Assembly: GCA_963842525.1 (NCBI GenBank)
Contig: CAWJGT010000009.1
Coordinates: 1,792,001-1,856,000 of the forward strand
Length of the DNA stretch: 64,000 nt
Direction of reading: 5' to 3'
Source: an uncultured Holophagales bacterium
Lineage (GTDB): Bacteria > Acidobacteriota > Thermoanaerobaculia > Multivoradales > UBA5704
Shown: in pieces, positions 21,175 to 31,172 of the stretch
Numbering within the stretch: the stretch's first letter is position 1
Layout: each line of letters starts with the position of its first letter
Program-made: the position numbers and the translations under genes
Notes under the pieces: generated by a model
What the model was told of the DNA's origin: nothing
The model's input: only the letters and a program-made list of their open reading frames with translations
Database searches by the model: none

Positions 21175-23371
21175 ATGATCACGAATGGCCCAATCTACTC
21201 GACGCTTCTTGCTGAAGCCGAACAGACTAGACCCTACGGGCCCGAGTCATTGAAGGTCATCTTCTCGACTGTCGAGAATCTTCAGAAGCACCCAACCTCC
21301 AGCGATCGCCCTGGAATGCTTTTGGGCATGATTCAGAGCGGCAAGACGCGCACTTTCGTGGGCGTCATCGCTCTTGCTGCGGACAATGGCTTTGACTTGT
21401 TCATCGTCCTCACCAAGGGAACAAAAGCGTTGACCACCCAAACCTACGAGCGTCTCAAGAAGGCGTATGACACGGCAATCGAGAGTGACGACCTGCGGGT
21501 CTTCGACATCATTGACGCTGCCGAAGCTGACTTCCCGCGAACAGCGCATCCCTGTGATCATCGTCGCCAAGAAGGAGAAACGGAATCTAGACCGCCTGAA
21601 GTCCGCTTTATTCAAGACCTATCCGTTCGAAAACCGGCGAGCCTTGATTATCGATGACGAGGCCGACTTCGCCTCGGTCGGATTCCGCCGTCCCAAGGGT
21701 GAACAGGCGGAGTTGCAGGCCATCATGCGCCTTATCTCCGAAGTGCGCAATGGTCTGCCGAACTCCAGCTTCCTACAGGTCACCGCGACGCCATATTCGC
21801 TATACCTTCAGCCGTCGGCACCGACTCCCGGGCAGGGTCCTGAGTTTCAGCCTGTCCGACCGGCCTTCACCGAACTCGTTCCCATCCATGACGAGTACGT
21901 CGGAGGCAAGGTGTACTTCGAGGAGTCAGGTGAACCCGGCTCAGTGGCCTCCGCCCTCTTCACCCCCGTGCTGCCCGAAGAGATCAACCTTCTCCACCAC
22001 GCTGATCGCAGACGATTCAAAGTTGAAGAGGCGCTGAATCATAGCGGGATCAACACTCTGCGGCACGCCATCATAACGTTTATCGTCGGCGGGGTAGTCC
22101 GGCGGCTTCAAGCCAAGAATTCCAGGGAGAAGCCTAGCAAATATAGCTTCATTATTCACACCGAATCGAGTCGAGGCTCTCATGCTTGGCAGGAAAAGAT
22201 CGTCGATACACTCATCGACACCGTCCGGACTGCGGCCGAGTCGCCCACGGCCCGCTTCGGCGAGCTCGCCAGAGCGGCGTACGACGACATCGCTCTATCA
22301 ATCGGCTTTGCAGGCGGATGGCTGCCTCCATTTGACGAAGTTCTTACGGAGGTCATCGAGCATCTTGCGGCAGTCCAGGTTGAGAAGGTCAATACTGACA
22401 ACGACGTCAAGAACCTCTTGGACCGCGACGGTCAACTCGAGCTGCGCAACCGTCTCAACATCTTCATCGGTGGCCAGATTCTTGATCGTGGCCTCACGAT
22501 TCGCAACCTAATTGGGTTCTACTACGGAAGGCGAGCGAATCGATTCCAACAGGATACCGTTCTTCAGCATGCCCGGATGTACGGCGCTCGTCCGAAGGCA
22601 GATCTTGCCGTCACCCGCTTTTACACGTCTGTTGACCTCCATCGCGTACTGAGCACAATTCACGAGTTCGATGCCGGATTGCGAGAGGCTTTCACGGCTG
22701 GCGGGAACGCCGCGGGCGTTGCGTTCATCCGCAGAGAGGGAGCCAACATAATTCCTTGCTCACCCAACAAGATCCTGATTTCAACCCTCACCACTCTTCG
22801 TGCGGGAAAGAGACTGCTTCCTGTAGCATTTCAAACCGGGTACAAGAGCCACGTGCTCAAGCACGTGAAGACCATTGACGGGTTCATCGCCTCCACGCTC
22901 AAGGCGGATGCTGTGGGCGCGCCCGTTCTGGTGAGCTTGACTGATGCCGAGGGCCTTGTCGATCTCGTCCATGCGACATTTGAGGATCAGAACGAGTTTG
23001 GCTACGAGTGGGACGTAGAGGCCTTCAAGGCAAGTATGGAGTACGTCAGCAAGCTCAACCCGGACCCAACGGAGCGAGGGAGCATTTATTTGCTAGCTCG
23101 TCGCGATCGCGATAATGTCCGCATTCGCGACAGCGGTCGGCCGTTTGATGCGCCGGATACCTCGCACGTCGAGGGCGCTATTGCCAAATCTGTCGCGAAA
23201 ACCGCCCCAATGCTCATGATGTTTCGGCAGAACGGGAGGAAAGAACGCGGGTGGCGTGACTGCCCGTTCTGGTGGCCTGTTCTGTATATGCCTCAGCGCA
23301 TGGGCACGGTGGTCTTCGCAAGCGATGTGAATGACTACGACGAGGATGCGCCAATTCCGTCCGTGCCCTGA
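21175..23371 (+). CDS. Z1-domain protein with SF2-like N-terminus; frameshift near 21515
   Basis: GMIQSGKT, IIDDEAD, TATPY, IGGQILDRGLT, DTVLQHARMYGAR; visibly more AT-rich than its neighbours. Confidence 0.85.
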
Positions 23372-23400
23372 GTTCGAACCGAACATCGGCTAACTCAAAG

Positions 23401-23451
23401 AGTAAGCCCCCGGCTCTGCCTGGGGACTCCCAGAGTTTGACAGTTCCGGGA
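23401..23451. mobile_element. Possible IS200/IS605-type terminal hairpin remnant with no transposase
   Basis: aagcccccggctctgcctggggactcccagagtttgacagttccggga resembles IS200-like ends (recognised from memory). Confidence 0.4.
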
Positions 23452-23590
23452 TCGTGGAAGTGTGGGCGGGCTTCACTGTTCGGAGTCGATCGGAGCTGAA
23501 AAGGAGAAAGGAGGTGGCGGAGGGGCGGGCGGTGGCACCATCTATCGCAGAAACTGCGGCGAAGACCTGCGCTCCAAGTGGAGGATCCGG

Positions 23591-23798
23591 CGCCTGGCCG
23601 GAGGTCGCCTGCGCCGGCATGTCCATCGGCCACAAGGGAATGACCTACGCTGCCAAGGCCCTGGCCGCCACGGCGATCGACCTCTTCAAGAGCCCGGACC
23701 ACCGCAACGCCATCCGCCAGGAGCTCGAGGAGAAGACGAAGGGGCAGATCTACAAGGGTTACATCCCCGACGGCCCGCCGCCGATCCCGAAGGACTGA
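23591..23798 (+). pseudogene. Orphan duplicate of the amidohydrolase 3' end (208-bp repeat, copy 2)
   Basis: Encodes AWPEVACAG...PPPIPKD* with 8 synonymous changes and 1 N/D change versus copy 1. Confidence 0.92.
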
Positions 23799-23823
23799 CG
23801 GCGGCGCTGGAGAGGCACGGCGG

Positions 23824-25747
23824 TCAGCTCGCTCCGCCGAGATCCCGCCAGCCCAGGATCTCGTCGATGGTCTGCCGCGAGACGGAGTGGTAGCCGGGCC
23901 GGGCCTTCTCGTAGATGCGCAGGGCCAGCTCGGCGCCTTCGGGAGTCTTCGCCAACTCGGTGTAGAGGGGCCGCAGGAACTTCCTTCTCCCCATGCCCGT
24001 CAGGAACCGCTCCAGCGCCGGCCAGGCCGCGTCGTAGCGGCTGTCGATGGCCCGCAGGAACCAGGCGTTCAGGATCTCGGAGTTGCCCGAGTCGGTGAAG
24101 TGGAAGGCCGCGTCGAGCTCGGCCATCCGGTCCCGGCTGAGCGGCGCCGGCAGGTTGGGCAGGAAGTGTTGCCACTGGAACGCATTCCACCCCTGGGTCT
24201 GGAGCTGGCCGGCAGGAGTCCCCCGGGCGAAAGCCTGGAGCTGGCGGTCCACCTCGGCGAAGGCCGTGGAGCGGATCTCCGGCGCGTTCAACGGCAGCCC
24301 CGGTCCGTAGACCCACTGCTGGATCTGCAAGCGCTCGGCGAGCGCTGCGTCGCCGGCGAGCAGGCTCTGCTGCAGGATGGCGAGGAACCCAGCGGTATCC
24401 GTGGACTGAAAGGCGTGCGAGTCGAAATACTCGCGCAGGAAGCGGTCGAGCTTCTCGCGCCCCACGGCTTCCTCGATCGTCCGCAGGAACAGAGACCCCT
24501 TCTCGTAGGCGATGTCGTTCATCCCTTCGTCGGGGTCGCGGCCGGCGAGGCTCAGGAAGAGGTGGGTATCCGGCTTGTCGGCCCCGAGGTCCTCGAGCGT
24601 CGTTTGCAGATCCTGCCGGCCGAGCACCCAGAGCATGTCCACGTAGTCCTTGCCGTGGAGCGACTCCATGATCCGGCGCTCGAAGTAGTTGGTGAAACCT
24701 TCGTTGAGCCAGAAGTCGTTCCAGGTAGCGTTCGTCACCAGGTTGCCCGACCAGGAGTGGGCGGAGCTCATGGGCGATCAGCGACACCAGGGAGCGGTCG
24801 CGGGCGAGCAGGGTGGGGGTCACGAAGGTCAGGCGCGGGTTCTCCATGCCTCCATAGGGGAAGCTCGGCGGCAGCACGAGCAGGTCGTAGCGGCCCCATC
24901 GATAGGGGCCGTAGAGGCGCTCGGCCGCGTCGATCATCTTCGGAGTGTCCGCGAATTCCCAGGCCGCGAGGTCGATCACCGTGGGCTCGGCGTAGACGCC
25001 GCTGCGCTCCCCGAGCGGCCGGAAGACGATGTCGCCCACCGCGACCGCTAGGAGGTAGGAGGGGATCGCCTGCGGCATCCGGAACTGGTAGACGCCGTCG
25101 GCGCTCTTCTGGGTCGGGTTCTCGGCGCTCATCAGGGCCAGCAGACCGCGCGGCACGCGCAGGGTGGCCTCGTAGGTCATGCGTACGCCGGGCGAATCCT
25201 GGCAGGGCACCCAGGTGCGGGCCAGGATCGCCTGCGACTGGCTGAGCAGGAAGGGAGCCGTTTTGGAAGCTGTCTGCTGCGGGTCGAGCCACTGGAGAGC
25301 CGCCGCCTCCGGCCGGGTGGAGTAGTCGACGTGGACCCACTGGGTCGCGGGAGTGATCTCGATCTCCAGGGCCCGTCCGAGGAACTCCACCGGCTCGCCC
25401 AGGGTGAACCGCGTGGCCGTGCCGTTGTCCAGGGTCACCCTCTGGACGTCCAGGTCGCGGGTGTCGAGGACGAGCCGCTCAGCGCCGGTCTTGTTCTTGA
25501 TGCGCAGGCTGGCGCGACCGGCGAGCCGGCGCTTCTCGAAGTCGACGCCGAGGTCGAGCTTCAGGTGCTCGACCGCGACCTCGTCGGGCCGGGCAAAGGA
25601 GTGCGGGTCCTGCGACGTCTCCTGGACGACGCGCACGGCCGGCGCCGCGGTCACGGGCGGCGGAGCCGGGGTGGCGCAGGCGAGCAGCCAGGGTCCGAGA
25701 ACGAGCAGGGCGAGGGACGAGCGGTGGAGGAGCTTCGGCATGGCCAT
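23824..25747 (-). CDS. M1 aminopeptidase (leukotriene A4 hydrolase-like), lipoprotein; frameshift near 24770
   Basis: LLAC lipobox; PYGGMENP; IAHEL/AHSWSGNLVTN...WLNEGF split across two frames; YEKG. Confidence 0.9.
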
Positions 25748-25788
25748 AAGGAGGCGATTATACGAGGGAGTGCAGGATCAAACCGGGA

Positions 25789-26721
25789 TCAGATCGCCGG
25801 CTCGCCCTGATCCAACGCCTTGTGCAGGCGCTGCAGGATCGCGAAGACCTCGGGCCGCGTCAGCTTGGCGCCGGGGCCGCGGGCCTCGATCCGGTCCAGG
25901 GTGGCCTGGGCGAGGTGGACCGGCAGGGCGTTGAAGGCCACCAGCCCCTGTTCCGCCCCGGCGCGCTGGAGAGCGAGCACGTACTCGGCTGCCTGATCCA
26001 GGTCCCGCCGCGCCAGGGCCATCACCTCGGCCCGGTCCACCCCCTCGGGCAGGTACCGCCGGCCCTGGGTGGCGTCGGAGGCGGAGTCCTTCAGGATGTT
26101 GACGAGCTGCAGGCCCTCGCCGAAGGGACGCGAACGCGACCGTAGCAGGGAGGAGGCGTCCGCCAGCCCGGGCCGTTCGCGCAGGAACAGCTCGGTCAGG
26201 AGCTCGCCGACGATGCCCGCGACCACGTAGCAATAATCTTGAAGATCCGCCAGGTCCCGCAGGCGCAGCTCCCCCTGATCCGAGGTCCGAGCCACAAAAC
26301 CCGCCATGCCGTCGGCGGTGCGCACCGTGTGCTCGCGGATCAGGTCGACCGCGCCGGGGGAGAGAGCAAAGAATGCGTCCAGCACCGCCGGCAGCCCAGC
26401 CAGCAGATCGCGGTAGGCCGGGTGCTCGCAAGGGACCTCGGTGGCCCAGCGACGCGCGGTCGCCGCGATCTCGTCCGTGTCCGGCGCGTGGAGCAGGCGG
26501 CCGAAGTCTTCCAGGGCCTCGATCCGCTGCGCCTGCGGCCAGCTCGTCGCGTCCTCGAAGGTGTCGGCGATCCGGAAGAGCAGGTAGGTGATGGTCACCT
26601 CCCGCCGGGTCGGCTCGGGAAGCAGGGGGATGGCCAGCGCGAAGGTGCGGCTGGTGGTGATGAGGAGCTGCTCCAGGTCCACCGCGCTCTCCGCCGCCTG
26701 GAGGTTCGAGTCCGCAAGCAT
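25789..26721 (-). CDS. Squalene/phytoene synthase, squalene-synthase-like
   Basis: SRTFAL, YLLFRIADTFED, DYCYVVAGIVGELLT, FGEGLQLVNILKD, GRRYLP. Confidence 0.85.
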   Translation of the reverse strand: MLADSNLQAAESAVDLEQLLITTSRTFALAIPLLPEPTRREVTITYLLFRIADTFEDATSWPQAQRIEALEDFGRLLHAPDTDEIAATARRWATEVPCEHPAYRDLLAGLPAVLDAFFALSPGAVDLIREHTVRTADGMAGFVARTSDQGELRLRDLADLQDYCYVVAGIVGELLTELFLRERPGLADASSLLRSRSRPFGEGLQLVNILKDSASDATQGRRYLPEGVDRAEVMALARRDLDQAAEYVLALQRAGAEQGLVAFNALPVHLAQATLDRIEARGPGAKLTRPEVFAILQRLHKALDQGEPAI

Positions 26722-26834
26722 TCGCAGAGGATAACAGGTCCGGGCCCCTCACCCCCGGCCCTCCAGCGGCGGGCGACCGGTAATCCTTTTCGAGAAGCTT
26801 TGACCCGCCTGTCCGTATCGTCTAGACTTTTTTC

Positions 26835-27713
26835 ATGGCTCAGCCGGTGCGGAACAACCCGGCCCTGTCGCCGTGGGATCTCGACTGGGACGAGAACGAG
26901 GAGGCTTGCCTCGTCTTCGGCTTCCGCGAGGGACTCTTCCGCGCACCCGATGGCGGCGTCGAATACCGCCAGATCCCCCTGACCGCCGAGGACTACATCA
27001 ATCCGCGCGTCGGTGACCACTTGACCCAAGGCAACCGCCACGCCATCGTCAGCATGAACCTGTACGACATGCTCGAACAGCGGTATGAGACCGCAGCGGA
27101 TGTGATGGTGTCCTTCGACATGAAGATCCGCTGGGGAATGCGCCGGCTTCCAAGCCCGTCGCCGGACGTGGCGGTGATCCCGGACGTACGCGACAGGGAG
27201 AAAAGTCGCAAAAGCTTCCATGTGGGCGCGGAAAAAGCACGCCCCTGCCTGGTCATCGAGGTGGTCTCGGCCGACGAGGAGGGGGACGAGCGGTGGCTTG
27301 CGGATTATAAGACGAAGGTCGACATCTACCGGCGAGCCGGGGTGCCGGAATACCTGATCGTGGACCCCCAGCACTACCTGAAGGAGCCGCACCTGCGGCT
27401 CACCGGCTACCGCCTGGACGCGAGAGGCCGCTACCGGCCGATCGAGCCGGACGCCCAAGGGCGACTGCTCTCGGAGACGACCGGCGTGTGGTTCGCCATC
27501 GCGCCGGACCGCCAGGACCCCTGGCTGATCGACGCCGCCACCGGGGAGCGGCTGTTGACCGGACGCGAGACGCGGGCCGCCCGGCGGGAGGCGGAGCAAG
27601 CTCGGCAGACAGCCGAAGAGCGAGCCGCGGCAGCCGAAGAGCGAGCCGCAGCGGCCGAAGCAGAGCTGGCGCGATTGCGTCAGAAGCTGGGGCTCGGCGA
27701 TCCACAGCCCTGA
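26835..27713 (+). CDS. Uma2 family PD-(D/E)XK endonuclease with coiled-coil tail
   Basis: SPDVAV, PCLVIEVVS, K..IY.RAGVPEYLIVDP; AEERAAA tail. Confidence 0.88.
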   Translation: MAQPVRNNPALSPWDLDWDENEEACLVFGFREGLFRAPDGGVEYRQIPLTAEDYINPRVGDHLTQGNRHAIVSMNLYDMLEQRYETAADVMVSFDMKIRWGMRRLPSPSPDVAVIPDVRDREKSRKSFHVGAEKARPCLVIEVVSADEEGDERWLADYKTKVDIYRRAGVPEYLIVDPQHYLKEPHLRLTGYRLDARGRYRPIEPDAQGRLLSETTGVWFAIAPDRQDPWLIDAATGERLLTGRETRAARREAEQARQTAEERAAAAEERAAAAEAELARLRQKLGLGDPQP

Positions 27714-27756
27714 GCCGGTTTCCCGTCTCCCGTCATTTGAGATCACTTCCCGGCTT

Positions 27757-27810
27757 CCCCCTCTCCCGGTCGGGGGGAGAGCGATGGGAAAGGGGCCAGG
27801 GGGGGTGAGG
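27757..27810. repeat. REP family A (CCCTCACCCC..CCCCTCTCCC..GGGAGAGGG); other copies near 14140, 26745, 28970, 29351, 32249-32374, 36041-36108, 43458-43600, 57612-57668
   Basis: The same G/C-run palindromic motif recurs in intergenic positions, often as inverted doublets. Confidence 0.8.
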
Positions 27811-27813
27811 TGT

Positions 27814-27891
27814 CTACGTCACCTCTGTCCCTGGCACCTCCTCCCCGCGCAGCGCCCGTTCCAGTGCGCCGGGGGCAAGGCCGTTGAGGAT
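27814..27891 (-). pseudogene. Orphan duplicate of the isopentenyl phosphate kinase 3' end
   Basis: Encodes ILNGLAPGALERALRGEEVPGTEVT* versus ILNGLTPGALERALRGEEVPGTEVSLTP* of the full gene ending at 29356. Confidence 0.88.
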
Positions 27892-28720
27892 CGCCTCCTG
27901 GGTGCCAGAGGATCCTCCTGAGGCTTCCTCCCTCGCCGGCGGAAACGTCTACTGCCCGTGCTCTCACGGAAGAAGACCGCGATCCTTCCACCTTCGAAGC
28001 ACCATCCCTCCCCGCACCCGGCCCTCGGACCCCCAAGATACCGCGACGCGATCGAACTGCACGGTTTCCGACCGGGAGCTTTCCACCGCACCTGCCGTTC
28101 GTCAGCGACCAGCCGCCGCATGGTCTCATTCCCGTGCCCGGGTAGCCGCGCTGGTCCCGCCAGTTGCAAAAGCTCCCTCGCCTGGCTGCCGGGCAGAGCT
28201 GTACCCGGTCTAGTGCTGGTCGTCGGCAGATCTCAAAGAATGCGGGGAAAATCCCTCTCAATCTTCTCCGGGGCGCAGCCCAAGGGCGCGTTCAGGTGCC
28301 CCGTGAGGGTAAATGCAGGCCGGCCCGCAAGCCTCGCGGGGCTCCATGCTCAAGATTCCCCAAGAATCCTCAGGCACCTATTCTAGACCGCAACGAGGGG
28401 TTAGGCGGCCAGTCGCCGCCGTAGCGACGCGATTCTTAGAGGACTTCAAGACGGAACCGAGGATTTACCGCGCCGGATTCGACGTAGCCGCCCCCCGAGA
28501 GAATCAGCCGCCATTCGATGCCTTTGCCGCGAGTAGCGGTACGTTGAGCCCTGGCTCGTCGAGTGATTCCAGGAGTGGCGCGACCGCCAGAAAGTGACGT
28601 GGCCGGACCACAATTTCTTTGGGAATAGTGCCGTCACCCGGGAGCACATCGATCGCCTCGATGTGTTGGAGCCCTCCCTGATCCGCGAGGATACTGCCCT
28701 TGCTGTCGAACACGATCGCG

Positions 28721-28922
28721 TGAGGCCGGAGGCCGATGCCCTGGGAGAAAGGCAATACGCCAAGGCGGCCTGAAAGGCCCGCGAGAGATCTGGTCCGAGT
28801 CGGCGCGTTCCGCTCCGGCTCTCGCGGACCTTTCAGGCCGCGTGACCGTGGGGCCTGTTGACCCAGGGCATCGGCCTTCGGTCTCAGCCCTGGGCTGCGC
28901 TCTCGCGACCCCTTGGGTCGCC
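28721..28922. repeat. REP family B composite (GCCGATGCCCTGGG / GGCCTGAAAGGC / CCCAGGGCATCGGCCTTCGG.CTCAGCCCTGGGC)
   Basis: Nested inverted repeats; close relative at 46333-46585 and an interrupted copy at 43691-43725. Confidence 0.85.
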
Positions 28923-29013
28923 AAGGCCGCGTGCCGGCCAAGCCCGGCTAAGTAAGGTTAGCGCGTATGCCCGGTCGGGGGGAGGGCGATCACGCCCACC
29001 GGCGGGCGCGAAC

Positions 29014-29154
29014 CCGATTCACGGTGAAACGGCTCTGGTTTGCCATGAACGCGGGCCGATTCATGGTGAAACGGCTCTGGTTTGCCGTGAACGCGGGCCG
29101 ATTCATGGTGAAACGGCTCTGGTTTGCCGTGAACGCGGGCCGATTCATGGTGAA
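29014..29154. repeat. 42-bp tandem repeat, about 3.4 copies
   Basis: ccgattcatggtgaaacggctctggtttgccgtgaacgcggg units start at 29014, 29056, 29098 and 29140 (partial). Confidence 0.92.
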
Positions 29155-29355
29155 CCGGCCCTCATCGCGGCGATCCGGCCGCGGTTCGTCATGATCTCGG
29201 CCCGATTCGCCATGACCGCGAAGCCGTTTCCCGCGAATCGGCCCTCGTTCGTCATGAATCGGTTGCGTTCGCGGCGATCTCGTCTCCGTTCACGGCGAAC
29301 CACGACCGGTTCACCACGATCCGCCCCACCCAGAGCAAAGTTAGCGCGCATGGGG

Positions 29356-30159
29356 TCAGGGGGTGAGGGACACCTCGGTCCCCGGCACCTCCTCGCCGCG
29401 CAGCGCCCGCTCCAGAGCGCCGGGGGTGAGACCGTTGAGGATCAGCGACGGGATGCCCAACCGGGCGAGCGCGAGCGCCGTCTCCACCCGGTGGCGCATG
29501 CCGCCGGTCACGTCGGTCCCGGCGGCGGAGCCGATCGCGCTGATGGCCTTACCGGCCCCATCTGCTGAGATCCGCGGGATCGTCCGGCCCGCCTCGTCCC
29601 AGACACCGTCGGTCTCTCCCAGCCAGAGGGCGCGGCGAATGGAGATCCCCATCCCGGGCAGCGTGCGGGCGAGCAGCTCGAACAGCCGCTCGGTCGAGCA
29701 GATCGAAGCGCCCCAGGCGCGGTCCATCACCACATCGCCGTAGAGCACCGGCAGGAGCCCCTGCGCCAGGGCGAGGCGCAGAGGCTCGGCGTCGAGGGAG
29801 ACCGGCCGGCCGGCCTCGGCGACCACGCAGCTCGACGGAGCGATGGAGAAGGGGAGCGCGCCGGCTTCGACGAGACCAGCCACCATCAGCCGGTGGAGCA
29901 CCGCGGCACGCTCCTGGGTCACGGAGATTCCGGGGACCTGGTCCGGCGAGAGGGCCCCTTTGGCGAGGCCGTAGCGGTGGGCCGCGACGTGACCGTACGA
30001 GCCGCTGCCATGGGCCACGATCAGGAGCTCCGCGAGGCCCGGCGCGGTGCGCGCGATCTCGTTGGCCAGCCGGGCGATCACCTCCGACCGCGGCGTCTCC
30101 GGCCGCGTTTTGTCGGTGATCAGGCTGCCGCCGAGCTTGACGAGGATGGCGTCTGGCAT
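29356..30159 (-). CDS. ipk: Isopentenyl phosphate kinase (amino-acid kinase fold)
   Basis: ILVKLGGSLITDK, AHGSGSYGH, PVLYGDVV, TDVTGGM; translationally coupled to the decarboxylase. Confidence 0.9.
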   Translation of the reverse strand: MPDAILVKLGGSLITDKTRPETPRSEVIARLANEIARTAPGLAELLIVAHGSGSYGHVAAHRYGLAKGALSPDQVPGISVTQERAAVLHRLMVAGLVEAGALPFSIAPSSCVVAEAGRPVSLDAEPLRLALAQGLLPVLYGDVVMDRAWGASICSTERLFELLARTLPGMGISIRRALWLGETDGVWDEAGRTIPRISADGAGKAISAIGSAAGTDVTGGMRHRVETALALARLGIPSLILNGLTPGALERALRGEEVPGTEVSLTP

Positions 30160-31172
30160 CAGAACAGGTGCTGGGTCTCGACCTCCGGGCCGTCGCCGAC
30201 GCCGTCGCGGATGACGAAGCCGACGGCGGGGAGGTCTTCCAGCCGTTCGGCGACCTGGTCTTCGGAGTCGGGGTCGCAGAGGACGTGGATGTTGGCGCCC
30301 GCGTCCATGGTCGCCCAGGCGGCGAGCCCCTCCTGGCGCAGCTCGCGGACGGCGCGCAGGACCGCGACCGTGCCGGGGCTCCAGTAGAAGATCGGCGGCC
30401 GCGAGGACATGGCGATCAGATGGAGGTCGATCGCCTCCTCTTCGAGGACCGGGCCCAGCATCTCGAGGTCGGCGTGCTCGATGGCCCGCCGGACCCGCTC
30501 CAGGCGCTCGGGCAGGAGCTCCAGGCGTTTGGTGTAGTAGGGACTGGTGTGGGCGCGCTGGTGCCCATCGTGCGACGAGACCACCTTGGGTCCGATCTCG
30601 ACGACGGCGATCACGTCGCGGAGGTCCCAGTGGGCGGCGTCGGCGAGCTGGACCGCATAGCTCTCCTCCTCCGTCTCGTTGCCGTTGGTCCTGTCGACCG
30701 GCCATTCGACGTAGCCGCCGAAGATCGAGCGGGCCGCCGAGCCGGAGCCGCTGCTGCGGGCGAGGCGCGACAGCTCCTCGGGCGGGACGTCCCCCTTGCC
30801 GAGGACCTTGGCGACCGCGAGCGTCAGGGCGGCGAACCCGGAGGCCGACGAGGCGAGACCGGCGGCGGTGGGGAAGCTGTTGCGCGTCGCCACCCGGAAC
30901 CGCTCATCGCGGCCGGCCCACTGCCGAATGCGGTCGAGGTGCTGGTCGACCCGCCGGCCGAACTCCGGATCGGGCGAGCCGAAGCCGTCCGGCTCCTTGA
31001 TCCAGACCTCGTCGCGTCCCGAGTCGAGGATCTCGACGGTGCACTTGCTCACGCACTCTTCCAGGGTCATGGAGATCGACGGGTTCATGGGGAGCGCCTT
31101 TTCGAGGTCGCGAGCCCCCCAGTACTTGATGAAGGCGATGTTTGCCGGTGCGGAGACGGTGACCTTGCTCAT
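30159..31172 (-). CDS. Mevalonate (di)phosphate decarboxylase, probably the phosphomevalonate decarboxylase type
   Basis: ANIAFIKYWG, NSFPTAAGLASSASG, SGSAARS, TMDAGAN; substrate inferred from operon context. Confidence 0.88.
   Translation of the reverse strand: MSKVTVSAPANIAFIKYWGARDLEKALPMNPSISMTLEECVSKCTVEILDSGRDEVWIKEPDGFGSPDPEFGRRVDQHLDRIRQWAGRDERFRVATRNSFPTAAGLASSASGFAALTLAVAKVLGKGDVPPEELSRLARSSGSGSAARSIFGGYVEWPVDRTNGNETEEESYAVQLADAAHWDLRDVIAVVEIGPKVVSSHDGHQRAHTSPYYTKRLELLPERLERVRRAIEHADLEMLGPVLEEEAIDLHLIAMSSRPPIFYWSPGTVAVLRAVRELRQEGLAAWATMDAGANIHVLCDPDSEDQVAERLEDLPAVGFVIRDGVGDGPEVETQHLF

Noticed and set aside
19864-23798. 208-bp duplicate as a diversity-generating retroelement TR/VR pair
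   Set aside because: Only one of nine differences involves adenine on the coding strand, the changes are mostly synonymous third positions, and no reverse transcriptase is in the window.
29014-29154. CRISPR array
   Set aside because: The units are contiguous and near-identical with no unique spacers, and there are no cas genes.
28954-29352. Integron attC sites (GTTAGCG)
   Set aside because: The sequence does not fit GTTRRRY, there is no paired RYYYAAC arm at a suitable distance, and there is no integron integrase.
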